This document shows, in pieces, positions 21,652 through 31,141 of a stretch of 57,403 nt of DNA. The translations under genes and the position numbers were made by a program. Each line of letters starts with the position of its first letter. Position 1 is the stretch's first letter. Source of the DNA: an uncultured virus (IMG/VR IMGVR_UViG_3300021089_000001) (taxonomy: Duplodnaviria; Heunggongvirae; Uroviricota; Caudoviricetes); IMG/VR virus record IMGVR_UViG_3300021089_000001; one strand, written 5' to 3'. The notes beneath the pieces are model-generated. The model did not search any database, was not told the DNA's origin, and saw only the letters and a list, made by a program, of their open reading frames with translations.

Positions 21652-22601
21652 TGAAAAGAGTAGTTGCATATATGAAAGTTATTCCGCCAGGAAACAAAAG
21701 TCCACAAAAGCCTTTAATTATAAAAAATTTTATAGAAGGTGTTAATGCAAGTGGAGATCAGGGTTTAGTTTCTAATGGTTGGTCAATTATAGACGCAGAT
21801 GTCTCTGTTATTCAAGGCTTTGTACATAAGGATTCAAAACAAACACGTCATTTACTTTTAAGAAAAAACGTTTATGAAAATCAAATTAAAAAAGGAAATA
21901 GATGTTTAATCGTTGATAGTAGTTTATTTTTATGGGCTGATCCTAAACAAGAAAAAACATATTTAAGATATGGCTTTGATGGAATATTTCCTAATACAGC
22001 AGAATATTGTAACAAAGATCCTGATCCTAATAGATGGGAAATTATTAAAAAGAGTCTTAATGTAGACCTTAAGCCTTGGAGAACTACAAGTAGAGATGGC
22101 TTTATATTAATTTGTTGCCAAAGAGATGGTGGGTGGAGTATGGAAGGTATGCCTGTTATGAATTGGTTAAAAGACGTCATGACTAAAATTAGAATGTATT
22201 CTGATAGACGTGTTAAAATTAGATTTCATCCTGGTGACAAAAATACTGCAAGACATCAAGCAATGATTAGAGAATGGATAAAAGCACGAAACGTACAATT
22301 TCAAGGAGTAGAAGTTAGTTGGTCAAAAGATATTAGAGATGAATATGCTGGAGCATTTGCAGTTGTAGGACATAACTCAAGTCCAACAGTGTCTAGTGTA
22401 ATTGAAGGAATACCTACCTATATAACTGATCCTGTACGAGCTCAATCGGCTCCTGTAACACATCATTCATTTGCAGAAATAGAAAAACCTAGAGAGTTTG
22501 ATAGAGAATTATGGGTTCGACAAATGGCACAAGTACATTGGACATTGGATGAATTAAAAGATGGTACTGCTTGGAAACATTTAAGGAAGTGGGTTAAATG
22601 A
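21651..22601 (+). CDS. Capsule-biosynthesis-like GT-B protein (paralog 2)
   Basis: LKPWR, ILICCQ, IRFHP, HNSSP...IEGIP, HWTLDELKDG. Confidence 0.55.
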   Translation: MKRVVAYMKVIPPGNKSPQKPLIIKNFIEGVNASGDQGLVSNGWSIIDADVSVIQGFVHKDSKQTRHLLLRKNVYENQIKKGNRCLIVDSSLFLWADPKQEKTYLRYGFDGIFPNTAEYCNKDPDPNRWEIIKKSLNVDLKPWRTTSRDGFILICCQRDGGWSMEGMPVMNWLKDVMTKIRMYSDRRVKIRFHPGDKNTARHQAMIREWIKARNVQFQGVEVSWSKDIRDEYAGAFAVVGHNSSPTVSSVIEGIPTYITDPVRAQSAPVTHHSFAEIEKPREFDRELWVRQMAQVHWTLDELKDGTAWKHLRKWVK

Positions 22602-23437
22602 AAAATTACAAAGTAGTAACTACCTTTAATAAAAAAGGAATGGATTTGTATGGACAAAGATTTATAGATTCTTTTAATAAAAATGTAGATAAAAGTATAC
22701 GACTAGATATATTTGCAGAAAATTGTAATCCACAAGGAGATGAAAGAACTACAATTCATAATAGTGAAGTTATTACTAAACTAACAGCTTTTAAAAATAA
22801 ATGGAAAGACGTTCCTAAAGCAAATGGTATATGTCCATTTCCTGAAAAGCGTCCACGTGACCATCATAAAAAATTTAAATGGGACGCAATAAGATTTGCA
22901 AATAAAGTTTATTCTGTATTATATGGTGCAGAAGACGAAAGTGTAGATTGGTTAATATGGATAGATGCTGATGTTGTTGTACATAGTCCTTGGCCCGTCC
23001 ATGACTTTACAAAATTATTTCCTGATACAAGATGGTTAACATTTGTTGGTAGAGGAAGAGGTTCACAAACATGGCCCGAGTGCGGATTTTATGGAATGAA
23101 TTTAAAACATCCTTCCTGCAAAAAATTTTTAAAAGATTTTGAACGTGTATATGAAGATGCCGAAAATGGTATATTTTTATTATCCGAATGGCATGACTCA
23201 TATGTATTTGGACAGCTATTAAAAAGTGCAAGACTACAAGATGCAGATGTACTAGATTATAGCGAAAACATATACAATAAGACTGCAAAGACGGGCGGAG
23301 GCGGGCATCCTTTCATCAATTGCGTACTAGGTACCTGGCTTGATCATTTAAAAGGAGATTCTCGAAAACAAAAAGGAACTAGCTTAAAAACAGATTTAAT
23401 GATAGGTCGTAACGAAGAGTATTGGAAAAATATATGA
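22598..23437 (+). CDS. Nucleotide-diphospho-sugar transferase-like protein
   Basis: RFANKV, WIDAD DxD motif, ECGF, EWHDSY, DHLKG. Confidence 0.6.
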   Translation: MKNYKVVTTFNKKGMDLYGQRFIDSFNKNVDKSIRLDIFAENCNPQGDERTTIHNSEVITKLTAFKNKWKDVPKANGICPFPEKRPRDHHKKFKWDAIRFANKVYSVLYGAEDESVDWLIWIDADVVVHSPWPVHDFTKLFPDTRWLTFVGRGRGSQTWPECGFYGMNLKHPSCKKFLKDFERVYEDAENGIFLLSEWHDSYVFGQLLKSARLQDADVLDYSENIYNKTAKTGGGGHPFINCVLGTWLDHLKGDSRKQKGTSLKTDLMIGRNEEYWKNI

Positions 23438-24282
23438 AGTTTAGTGTGTTTACAAATTTTGGTTCTTTAAATAGTGTTCCAGTTTTTAATGCAGTTAAAC
23501 AAGGTTTATTAAAATTAGGACATGAAATAGTTGAAAACTCTTTAGATGCAGATGTGGCTGTTATATGGTCATTACTGTGGCACGGAAGGATGTTGCCTAA
23601 TAAAAGAATATGGTGGGAATACCATCAACAAAATAAAAAAGTATTAGTAATAGAAGTAGGAAGTATTAAAAGAAATATTACTTGGAAAGTTGGTGTTGAT
23701 GGAATAAATCGAAGAGCTGACTTTGGTCCAATGGGTGCAGAATATAATGGTCCTGACAGAGCAAATAAATTTAATTTAAAATGTAGTCCTTGGAGGACTG
23801 ATGGTGAACATATATTAATATGTTCTCAACATGATAAAAGTGAACAATGGAAAGATATGCCACCATTAAATGAATATTTGCATGAAACTATTGATAAAAT
23901 TAGAAAATATTCAAAAAGAAAAATAATAATAAGAACTCATCCTAGATGTCCTGTTCGATTAAATCTAACACACGAAAGTCAAGTAGGAATGCAAATTCCT
24001 AAACAAGTAGAAAACAGTTATGATGACTTTGACTTTGATTTAACAAATTGCTGGGCGGTAGTTAGTGAAAGTAGTAACCCAGGTATTACAGCAGTTCTTA
24101 AAGGAATACCAGCATTTGTAGGTAAAGACAGTCTTGCATATGACGTAGGAAATACTGATTTCTCCCACATAGAAGACCCAAAAATGCCCGACAGGCAACA
24201 ATGGCTCCAAGATTATGCATATACGGAGTGGACTACAGAAGAAATAGCAGAAGGATTACCATTTTCTAGATTGACTTTTTGA
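23434..24282 (+). CDS. Capsule-biosynthesis-like GT-B protein (paralog 3)
   Basis: PWRTDGEHILICSQ, IRTHP, SSNP...GIP, YAYTEWTTEEIAEG; start at ATG overlapping previous TGA. Confidence 0.55.
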   Translation: MKFSVFTNFGSLNSVPVFNAVKQGLLKLGHEIVENSLDADVAVIWSLLWHGRMLPNKRIWWEYHQQNKKVLVIEVGSIKRNITWKVGVDGINRRADFGPMGAEYNGPDRANKFNLKCSPWRTDGEHILICSQHDKSEQWKDMPPLNEYLHETIDKIRKYSKRKIIIRTHPRCPVRLNLTHESQVGMQIPKQVENSYDDFDFDLTNCWAVVSESSNPGITAVLKGIPAFVGKDSLAYDVGNTDFSHIEDPKMPDRQQWLQDYAYTEWTTEEIAEGLPFSRLTF

Positions 24283-24299
24283 TAATACCAAAGTATAAT
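24271..24299 (+). promoter_or_regulatory. Sigma70-type promoter TTGACT-N17-TATAAT
   Basis: Direct read; ATG follows at 24306. Confidence 0.8.
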
Positions 24300-24305
24300 A
24301 AAGGT

Positions 24306-25589
24306 ATGCAACAAATCTCAATCGAATCTTGTTTGGAAATGATGATAGGTTTGAGTGACAAACCAGTTAATCCGCCATTTATTGTATTAGATAAAGACAA
24401 AAAAATATTAACCGACATTGCCAAAAAAGTTTATAGAGGTACTGCTTTAACTGATAGACAGTATGCAACTGTAAAAAGAATCTTAAAAACTAGTTATTCT
24501 ACTCAATTTAAAAATAGAGACATTGATATTCATGCATCATCAACTATATTACGTAAAACATTAAGACAAATAGACAGAAGTTCTTATATTAAAATTGGAA
24601 ATTATAAAGAATTTGTTTACGATCCTTTTAGTTATTATGCATATGAACCAAATCATAGAGTCCTTGTAATAAGGTTTCCTTTTAATGTTACATATAGTAA
24701 ACTTATGGGAGAAGTTAAAAAATGTTTTCCTTTTTATAGAACTCATAAACAAAAAGACAAAAACAAATATGTTCTTCCGTATAATGAACGTTTAGTTCAT
24801 AAAGTAGTAGAGAAATTTAAAGGCAAAATAAAAGATATTGATCCAACATTATTGGAAGTTCATGAAAGATGTGAATACTTTTATGATAATAAACAAGAAT
24901 TTCTACCAGGAATTTATGATTTCAAAATCAAAAATTGTTTACCAAAAATAGCTGAACACTATGTAAATAAGTTTGGGCAACCTAGTCCTAGTAACTTATT
25001 TTTATTTAAAGATAGAAGAGAATATTTAGGATTAAAATATTTTAGTGGACTACATTTAGAACAATCGTTAGCCGATCAAGATGAGTTTACTAAAAAACTT
25101 GTTCAACGTAAAGCATCTGTAGTTATTGTTGAAAAGAAAAAATGGGAATTAAAACAAGTAATAAAAACAATGTTTGATTTAAAAAGAATTCCTTTATTGG
25201 TAGTTTTACCAGTATTTCCAAAAAAAGATCCTGCTGAATCTTTAGAAGCATCACATAAAATTTTAAAAGACTATGTGGACAATAAAGACATTTCGGTATT
25301 GTTTAGATTAGAAAACATGGAATCTGGTATCAAGTTTAACGAATATGTTCGAGAAAATGGACTTAATAATAGTCTTGCAAATAATACAAAAATAGTGTAC
25401 ATTAATAATAAGAAGATTCCAAAACCCTTATTAAGATTTAATTGGAAGCCTGAAGGCGTATTATGTCTTGATACTACAAGGAATTACAGTAAAGTAAATT
25501 CTTTTGAAGAGGAGTTCGACTTGGTTGTTCAATATGCTACTGAAGAACATAGTCCTTGGAATCCATATTTTGTTATGGAAAATATATGA
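24306..25589 (+). CDS. Hypothetical protein upstream of UvsW
   Basis: Long ORF; start reassigned downstream of the promoter. Confidence 0.65.
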   Translation: MQQISIESCLEMMIGLSDKPVNPPFIVLDKDKKILTDIAKKVYRGTALTDRQYATVKRILKTSYSTQFKNRDIDIHASSTILRKTLRQIDRSSYIKIGNYKEFVYDPFSYYAYEPNHRVLVIRFPFNVTYSKLMGEVKKCFPFYRTHKQKDKNKYVLPYNERLVHKVVEKFKGKIKDIDPTLLEVHERCEYFYDNKQEFLPGIYDFKIKNCLPKIAEHYVNKFGQPSPSNLFLFKDRREYLGLKYFSGLHLEQSLADQDEFTKKLVQRKASVVIVEKKKWELKQVIKTMFDLKRIPLLVVLPVFPKKDPAESLEASHKILKDYVDNKDISVLFRLENMESGIKFNEYVRENGLNNSLANNTKIVYINNKKIPKPLLRFNWKPEGVLCLDTTRNYSKVNSFEEEFDLVVQYATEEHSPWNPYFVMENI

Positions 25590-27040
25590 GTTGTAAGATA
25601 GTAATTAATGATGAAGTCAATGTAAAAATTGAAGGGCTACCTGTTGATGTACGAAGAAAAATAGCAAATAGTTTAAAATGGGAAGTTCCATACGCAAGAT
25701 ACTTGCCTCAATATAAATTAGGAAGATGGGATGGTAAGATTGGTTTCTTTGGTTTAGGTGGTAGCGGTTTTGTTAATCATTTAGATAAAATTTTAGAATT
25801 ACTTAATAAACAAGGTGTTGAAGTTGGCTCAATAGAAGATAAAAGAAAGAAATATGATTTAAAATTTCAGCCTATTGACAAAAATTATTTTGGAAATAAA
25901 ACATGGCCCAAAGGTCACATTTGTGAAGGACAAGAAATTGTACTTCGTGATTATCAAGTAGATGTTGTTAATAATTTTATAAAGCAACCACAATCATTAC
26001 AAGAAGTTGCCACTGGTGCAGGGAAAACAATTGTTACTGCTTGTTTATCTAGTTTATGTGAAAGACTAGGACGAACTGTTGTAATAGTACCCAATAAAAG
26101 TTTAGTTACACAAACAGAAGAAGATTATATTAATGTAGGTCTAGACGTAGGAGTATACTTTGGTGATAGAAAAGAACTTGGAAAAACACACACAATTTGT
26201 ACGTGGCAATCTTTAAATGTTTTAGATAAAAAATCAAAAGCTGGACAATCAACATTATCCTTAACTGAATTTTTAAGTGGTGTACAAACATTAATAATAG
26301 ATGAAGTGCACCAAGCAAAAGCAGATGTTTTAAAAAAATTACTAACACATCATTTAAAAAATTCTCCAATAAGATGGGGATTAACAGGAACAATCCCAAA
26401 AGAACAATTTGAATTTCAAAGTTTATTAGTTGCTATAGGTCCTGTTATTAATCAAATATCTGCAAAAGAATTACAAGATAAAGGTATATTATCTAAATGT
26501 CACGTTAATGTAGTACAATTAGTTGACACATTAGTACATAGAACATACCAAGAAGAATTAAGTTATTTGGTTACAACTCAAGATAGATTAGAATACATAG
26601 CAAAATTAATAGGCAAAATAAAGGAAACAGGCAACACACTTATATTAGTAGATAGATTAAAGGCAGGAGAAAAATTAGAACAAATAATTCCTAATAGTGT
26701 TTTTATTAAAGGCGAAACAAAATTGCAAGATAGAAAAGAACAATATGATCAAATTTCTAGTGCAAATAATAAAATAATAATTGCAACATATGGTGTTGCA
26801 TCTATTGGAATTAATATACCTAGAATATTTAATTTAGTATTAATAGAGGCAGGTAAATCATTTATAAGGGTAATACAGTCAATAGGTCGTGGCATAAGAA
26901 AGGCAAAAGATAAAGACTTTGTTCAAATATGGGACATAACATCTACTTGTAAGTTTGCTAAAAGGCATCTTACACGAAGAAAGAAATTTTATAAAGAGGC
27001 TAACTATCCATTTACTGTAGAAAAAGTACAATGGAATTAG
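25586..27040 (+). CDS. uvsW: SF2 helicase UvsW
   Basis: LRDYQ, ATGAGKT, IIDEVH, GLTGT, QSIGRGIR. Confidence 0.9.
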   Translation: MSCKIVINDEVNVKIEGLPVDVRRKIANSLKWEVPYARYLPQYKLGRWDGKIGFFGLGGSGFVNHLDKILELLNKQGVEVGSIEDKRKKYDLKFQPIDKNYFGNKTWPKGHICEGQEIVLRDYQVDVVNNFIKQPQSLQEVATGAGKTIVTACLSSLCERLGRTVVIVPNKSLVTQTEEDYINVGLDVGVYFGDRKELGKTHTICTWQSLNVLDKKSKAGQSTLSLTEFLSGVQTLIIDEVHQAKADVLKKLLTHHLKNSPIRWGLTGTIPKEQFEFQSLLVAIGPVINQISAKELQDKGILSKCHVNVVQLVDTLVHRTYQEELSYLVTTQDRLEYIAKLIGKIKETGNTLILVDRLKAGEKLEQIIPNSVFIKGETKLQDRKEQYDQISSANNKIIIATYGVASIGINIPRIFNLVLIEAGKSFIRVIQSIGRGIRKAKDKDFVQIWDITSTCKFAKRHLTRRKKFYKEANYPFTVEKVQWN

Positions 27041-27055
27041 CACAGAAAGAAAGAA

Positions 27056-27562
27056 ATGAGAATATTAACATTAGAAAACGAAACTTTTTTACTGAATAAA
27101 TTACCAGAACACGTATCAGATGATATGTGTTTTTCGGTTTTAGATAATAGCAATCCTAAGGAACCCGATTTCTTTTTTATTCCTTTAATTTATATAGAAA
27201 GTTTTAGTAGTCCGGCTATTGTTTTAGATATAGGTGGGAATGAATTAATAATGCCTTTAGATTGGAGTATAGGTGTAGGCGATAAAGAAGATAGTACTTC
27301 TGTAGAAGTTGTTCCTTTAACTAGTATTACAGATAGAGGTTTTCAAGCATTCTTGTTTAATCCTTTAAATGGATTTAAAGCAGAATTTATGGAAGTTAAA
27401 GTGTTAAATTTTTATAATGATATTAAATGGTATTTTCCTAAAGTAAAAAATAATCAATTAATATCTACACCAATCACAACAGGTAAAGAACCTCTGTGTG
27501 CATTTTTTGTTAAAGATATATCAAGACAATGTGAAACTATTGAATATGGATTGTTATTATAA
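27056..27562 (+). CDS. Hypothetical protein
   Basis: 168-aa beta-rich ORF after UvsW. Confidence 0.6.
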   Translation: MRILTLENETFLLNKLPEHVSDDMCFSVLDNSNPKEPDFFFIPLIYIESFSSPAIVLDIGGNELIMPLDWSIGVGDKEDSTSVEVVPLTSITDRGFQAFLFNPLNGFKAEFMEVKVLNFYNDIKWYFPKVKNNQLISTPITTGKEPLCAFFVKDISRQCETIEYGLLL

Positions 27563-27762
27563 TGGGTAGACATAGTAAACAAGAACCTCAAGGTAAAGGT
27601 ATGAACATGGATGTTCAATACGAAAAAGGTAAAGCGTGGGACGGTCAAAGTCGTCCATCTGATGATGCATATAGGAAAGGATACGATGCTATTAACTGGA
27701 ACAACAAAAAAAATGTCAAAAAGAAAAAGAGAAAACCTAAAAAGAATAAAAAGAACTCTTAA
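27562..27762 (+). CDS. Small basic hypothetical protein
   Basis: Coupled start; WDGQSRPSDDAYRKGYDAI followed by Lys-rich tail. Confidence 0.5.
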   Translation: MGRHSKQEPQGKGMNMDVQYEKGKAWDGQSRPSDDAYRKGYDAINWNNKKNVKKKKRKPKKNKKNS

Positions 27763-27991
27763 AAATGGATTTATAATTAAAGCACCTGTGTTAAAAATAC
27801 CAACAGGAAAAAGTGGGAAACCAATAGACGTTTGGTTAACGCAAGAATACTTACCACAACTTTTAGATTTAATTAAAGAAAAAAAATTATCTTTAAAAGA
27901 AATACAAACAATGGACGGAGGTCATATTAAAATTACGTTTCATGATCCCAGACACGCAACATTATTTGGATTACATTATGAAAAAAGCTAG
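27713..27991 (+). CDS. Hypothetical protein
   Basis: Likely start MSKRKR at 27713. Confidence 0.45.
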   Translation: MSKRKRENLKRIKRTLKNGFIIKAPVLKIPTGKSGKPIDVWLTQEYLPQLLDLIKEKKLSLKEIQTMDGGHIKITFHDPRHATLFGLHYEKS

Positions 27992-28277
27992 AGAAATTAC
28001 AAAAAAAGAAGTAGTAGCTAAAAAACTAGGAATAAAATATATTTACGAATCGCCAGATGGTGGAGAAACTGTATATCAACGAGAAGTAGGAAATTATACT
28101 GCCGAAAGACAAATGGTATCTAAAAGTGAGAAAGCACACGTAGAAGATGAGTTCAAAAGACGTCATCGTTACATTACACCAGATGCAGTTAAGCTATGTT
28201 GGAAACATAAAGGATTGCAAAAGGCGTGGGAAAAGTATATAATGTTATTGGAGTTATATGGTCATTCAGAAGAATAG
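27978..28277 (+). CDS. Hypothetical protein
   Basis: IYESPDGGETVYQRE motif; likely start 27978. Confidence 0.55.
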   Translation: MKKAREITKKEVVAKKLGIKYIYESPDGGETVYQREVGNYTAERQMVSKSEKAHVEDEFKRRHRYITPDAVKLCWKHKGLQKAWEKYIMLLELYGHSEE

Positions 28278-28737
28278 ATTACCGTTAAAGGATATTCTTG
28301 CGGCTATAGATATGAAAGCTAAAAACATTTGGGATGAGTTTTCAGCTGACGAACAAAAGCAAATAGGCTTTTATATATTGAATAGATATGCAAGTTCAGT
28401 AGTAGGTAAAAAAGAAGATAAAGAATTAACTATTTTAAAAACAAATGAATATTATAATAAAAACTTTTTTACTTTATCTAAACATAAAAAATTATTATGG
28501 TATTTGCTTTGTATGACTGCAAGTGATAGAAAAAAAATTACGTTTCATCCATGGATAGGATATAAACATAAAGAATATGGAAGTAAAACAAAAGCAGTTA
28601 AGTTTTTAAAAAATTTATATCCTACTAAAAAAGAAGATGAAATACAATTATTGGCAACAATAAATTCTGTTAGTGTGTTAAAGACATTAGCACAAGATTT
28701 TGGTATGTCAAAAGAAGAAATTAAAAAAGTATTATGA
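28258..28737 (+). CDS. Possible clamp-loader small subunit (gp62-like)
   Basis: Size, replication context and pattern YILNRYAS...NE..N...LWYLL...FHPWI..K resemble gp62 family; judged by eye. Confidence 0.4.
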   Translation: MVIQKNRLPLKDILAAIDMKAKNIWDEFSADEQKQIGFYILNRYASSVVGKKEDKELTILKTNEYYNKNFFTLSKHKKLLWYLLCMTASDRKKITFHPWIGYKHKEYGSKTKAVKFLKNLYPTKKEDEIQLLATINSVSVLKTLAQDFGMSKEEIKKVL

Positions 28738-29417
28738 TAGAAAAGTTATATTCTTGTAAGCATTGTACCGCAAAATTTACTAGAGAAAAAACTCTTGCTG
28801 TTCATATGTGTGAACAAAAAAGAAGATTTTTACAAAAAGATGAAAGAAGAGTTCAATTAGGATATCAAACTTTTATTAGATTTTACCAATTGTGTCAAAA
28901 AATGGAAAAAGAAAAAACATATGAAGAATTTTGTAAGAGTCCTTATTATACAGCATTTGTTAAGTTTGGAAGTTTTTTGAGTAATGTTAAACCTTTATAT
29001 CCACAAAAATATATTGATTATGTTGTTACTAGTGGAGTAAAATTAGATCATTGGTGTAGAGAAGAATTATATGAAAAATATTCTATAAATTTAATTTTAA
29101 AAGAAACAATGGAGACAGCAGTAGAACGTTCTATTAAATCTATGATGGATTGGGGAGAAGAAAAAGAAGCACCATGGCATGATTATTTTAAGTATGCAAG
29201 TTTGAATAGAGCTACACAAGATATTAGAGATGGTAAAATTTCTCCATGGCTAGTATTAAATTCTAAAACAGGTAAGGAAATGTTGAATAAATTTAATGAT
29301 GAACAATTACAAATTATAAGTCGTATGATAGATCCTAAACATTGGGCAGTAAGATTTCAAAGAGTACCTGCAGATGTTGAAATAGTAAAAGGCATAACCA
29401 AGGAGGCAAACTTATAA
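28734..29417 (+). CDS. Hypothetical protein with N-terminal zinc-finger-like motif
   Basis: CKHC-x12-HMC. Confidence 0.6.
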   Translation: MIEKLYSCKHCTAKFTREKTLAVHMCEQKRRFLQKDERRVQLGYQTFIRFYQLCQKMEKEKTYEEFCKSPYYTAFVKFGSFLSNVKPLYPQKYIDYVVTSGVKLDHWCREELYEKYSINLILKETMETAVERSIKSMMDWGEEKEAPWHDYFKYASLNRATQDIRDGKISPWLVLNSKTGKEMLNKFNDEQLQIISRMIDPKHWAVRFQRVPADVEIVKGITKEANL

Positions 29418-29581
29418 TGACAAATACTACTAAATCATACATTAAAGGAAAGTATCGTATAAGGGAATATTATACTGATGAAAATTTATGGAAAGAAACA
29501 AAGACACTTATTAAAAAGAAGAAAAAACCTAAGAAGAAAGAAAAACGTAACTGGTTTAAAGGATTAGGAAATAAAGAATGA
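29417..29581 (+). CDS. 54-aa Lys-rich hypothetical protein
   Basis: Hand-translated; TAATG and ATGA overlaps with both neighbours; AGGAGG upstream. Confidence 0.5.
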   Translation: MTNTTKSYIKGKYRIREYYTDENLWKETKTLIKKKKKPKKKEKRNWFKGLGNKE

Positions 29582-29874
29582 AAGAAATAGAAGTAAAAAT
29601 AGAAACGTTTAAAAATAAAGATGTGGATTTTCTTGACGTACAAAAACACATTATTAATTTATTTGAGACAGAACAAATAACTGTAGAAGGTAAAACTGTT
29701 GAAGATATATCAGATTTACTATATATGAATCTTTCAAGAAGATGGGATGGACGGGATATATCTATTCAAATAACTGACGAAAGTAAATGTGGTTGTTCAA
29801 TGTTATATCCAAAGGATCCTAAAATTGTATTAAACCCTAATCAAAGAAATATTGTTGTTAAATGCCAGATATAG
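29578..29874 (+). CDS. Hypothetical protein (weak resemblance to phage QueD-like T-fold proteins)
   Basis: DVDFLDVQK...KTVEDISDLLY...GRDISIQITDE pattern; no His triad seen. Confidence 0.35.
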   Translation: MKEIEVKIETFKNKDVDFLDVQKHIINLFETEQITVEGKTVEDISDLLYMNLSRRWDGRDISIQITDESKCGCSMLYPKDPKIVLNPNQRNIVVKCQI

Positions 29875-30440
29875 ATATAGACTTTGCAGATAGATCTATT
29901 TTATTAGATAAAGTTAAACACAGAATTGCTAAATTAGATTCTGGTAAGAAACATAATACTGGCGTATACTTTACAGAAGTACCACACGATCCAGTAAACA
30001 ATTTATGTACACTTGATTATGATAAAGCAGAACAAAGAGGATATTTTAAAATAGATTGTTTGAACGTTAGCATTTATAAAGATATTAAAGATGAAAAACA
30101 TCTTAATAAATTAATAAACACTGAACCATTATGGGAATTATTAGAAGCAAAAGAATTTGTAGATCAAATTTTTCATATTAATGGACACGTGGAAATATTA
30201 CAAAAACTTAAACCTACAAACATAGAACAATTAGCGGCAGTTTTAGCAATTATACGACCAGCAAAAAGACATTTGATTAAACAAAATTGGGATGAAATAG
30301 ATGAACAAGTATGGAAAAAACCTACAGACGGAAGTTACTTTTTTAAAAAATCTCACGCAACTTCATATGCAATGGCAGTAGTAGTGCATATGAATCTTAT
30401 ATGCGAACAATTAAAAGGAAATAATGACCAAAAGCCATAG
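29862..30440 (+). CDS. Miniature DNA polymerase III alpha (DnaE, family C) catalytic-core-like protein
   Basis: MPDIDIDF, KHNTGVY, GYFKIDCL, LAAVLAIIRP, YFFKKSHATSYA are collinear with DnaE motifs. Confidence 0.8.
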   Translation: MPDIDIDFADRSILLDKVKHRIAKLDSGKKHNTGVYFTEVPHDPVNNLCTLDYDKAEQRGYFKIDCLNVSIYKDIKDEKHLNKLINTEPLWELLEAKEFVDQIFHINGHVEILQKLKPTNIEQLAAVLAIIRPAKRHLIKQNWDEIDEQVWKKPTDGSYFFKKSHATSYAMAVVVHMNLICEQLKGNNDQKP

Positions 30441-30717
30441 AAAAAGAAGTCTAGTTAAAACTCTTACATGGAGAATTTTGGCAACTACAGATACATTTTT
30501 AATAAGTTGGCTTATTACAGGTGCGATAACTTTAGCAGGTGCTATTGCAGGTATAGAAGTTATAACTAAAATGTTTTTATATTACCTACACGAACGAGGT
30601 TGGAATAAAATTAAATGGGCAAAGGAGACTGGACCTGAAGAACACACAACTATATTTCCTTATTTTGATTTTCCATATGAACTTCCTAGTTCAAAACATG
30701 ATAAGAAAGATCACTGA
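30424..30717 (+). CDS. DUF2061-like membrane protein
   Basis: RSLVKTLTWRILAT...YYLHERGWNKI. Confidence 0.8.
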   Translation: MTKSHRKRSLVKTLTWRILATTDTFLISWLITGAITLAGAIAGIEVITKMFLYYLHERGWNKIKWAKETGPEEHTTIFPYFDFPYELPSSKHDKKDH

Positions 30718-31103
30718 TTGATTTTTTTGATTACTTCTTTAGGTTTTCTGACTAGTTGAACTGATCTTCTTTTTGTTCTTTTTACAGCAAGATTGTTTAA
30801 ATTTGTGACGTGGCCCATTTTTACTGTAACATCTTTAGTATTCATTATCATTAAAATTTCCCTATAATTTTGCATTTCTTTTCTTAAAAATATACCAATA
30901 GGAATCATTCTATTAGACTCCCACCACCAAGTTTTACACAAGGCTACAAAATCAGCTTTCTGACTATCGCCCTTTAAGTCCTGATAGATGTACATACTAG
31001 TGATTGCGTGGTCTTGATTGTTAATTACACCAACATATTCCTTACCGCCATACTCTACTACACTTATGAAGGGGAAATCTTTCTCTATGTCTTCTTTTAG
31101 CAT
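30711..31103 (-). CDS. Hypothetical protein
   Basis: 130-aa ORF, FPFISV...WWWESNRMIPI. Confidence 0.65.
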   Translation of the reverse strand: MLKEDIEKDFPFISVVEYGGKEYVGVINNQDHAITSMYIYQDLKGDSQKADFVALCKTWWWESNRMIPIGIFLRKEMQNYREILMIMNTKDVTVKMGHVTNLNNLAVKRTKRRSVQLVRKPKEVIKKINQ

Positions 31104-31141
31104 TGTTATATCTAATAAATACGTTATATTGATGGTGTGTT

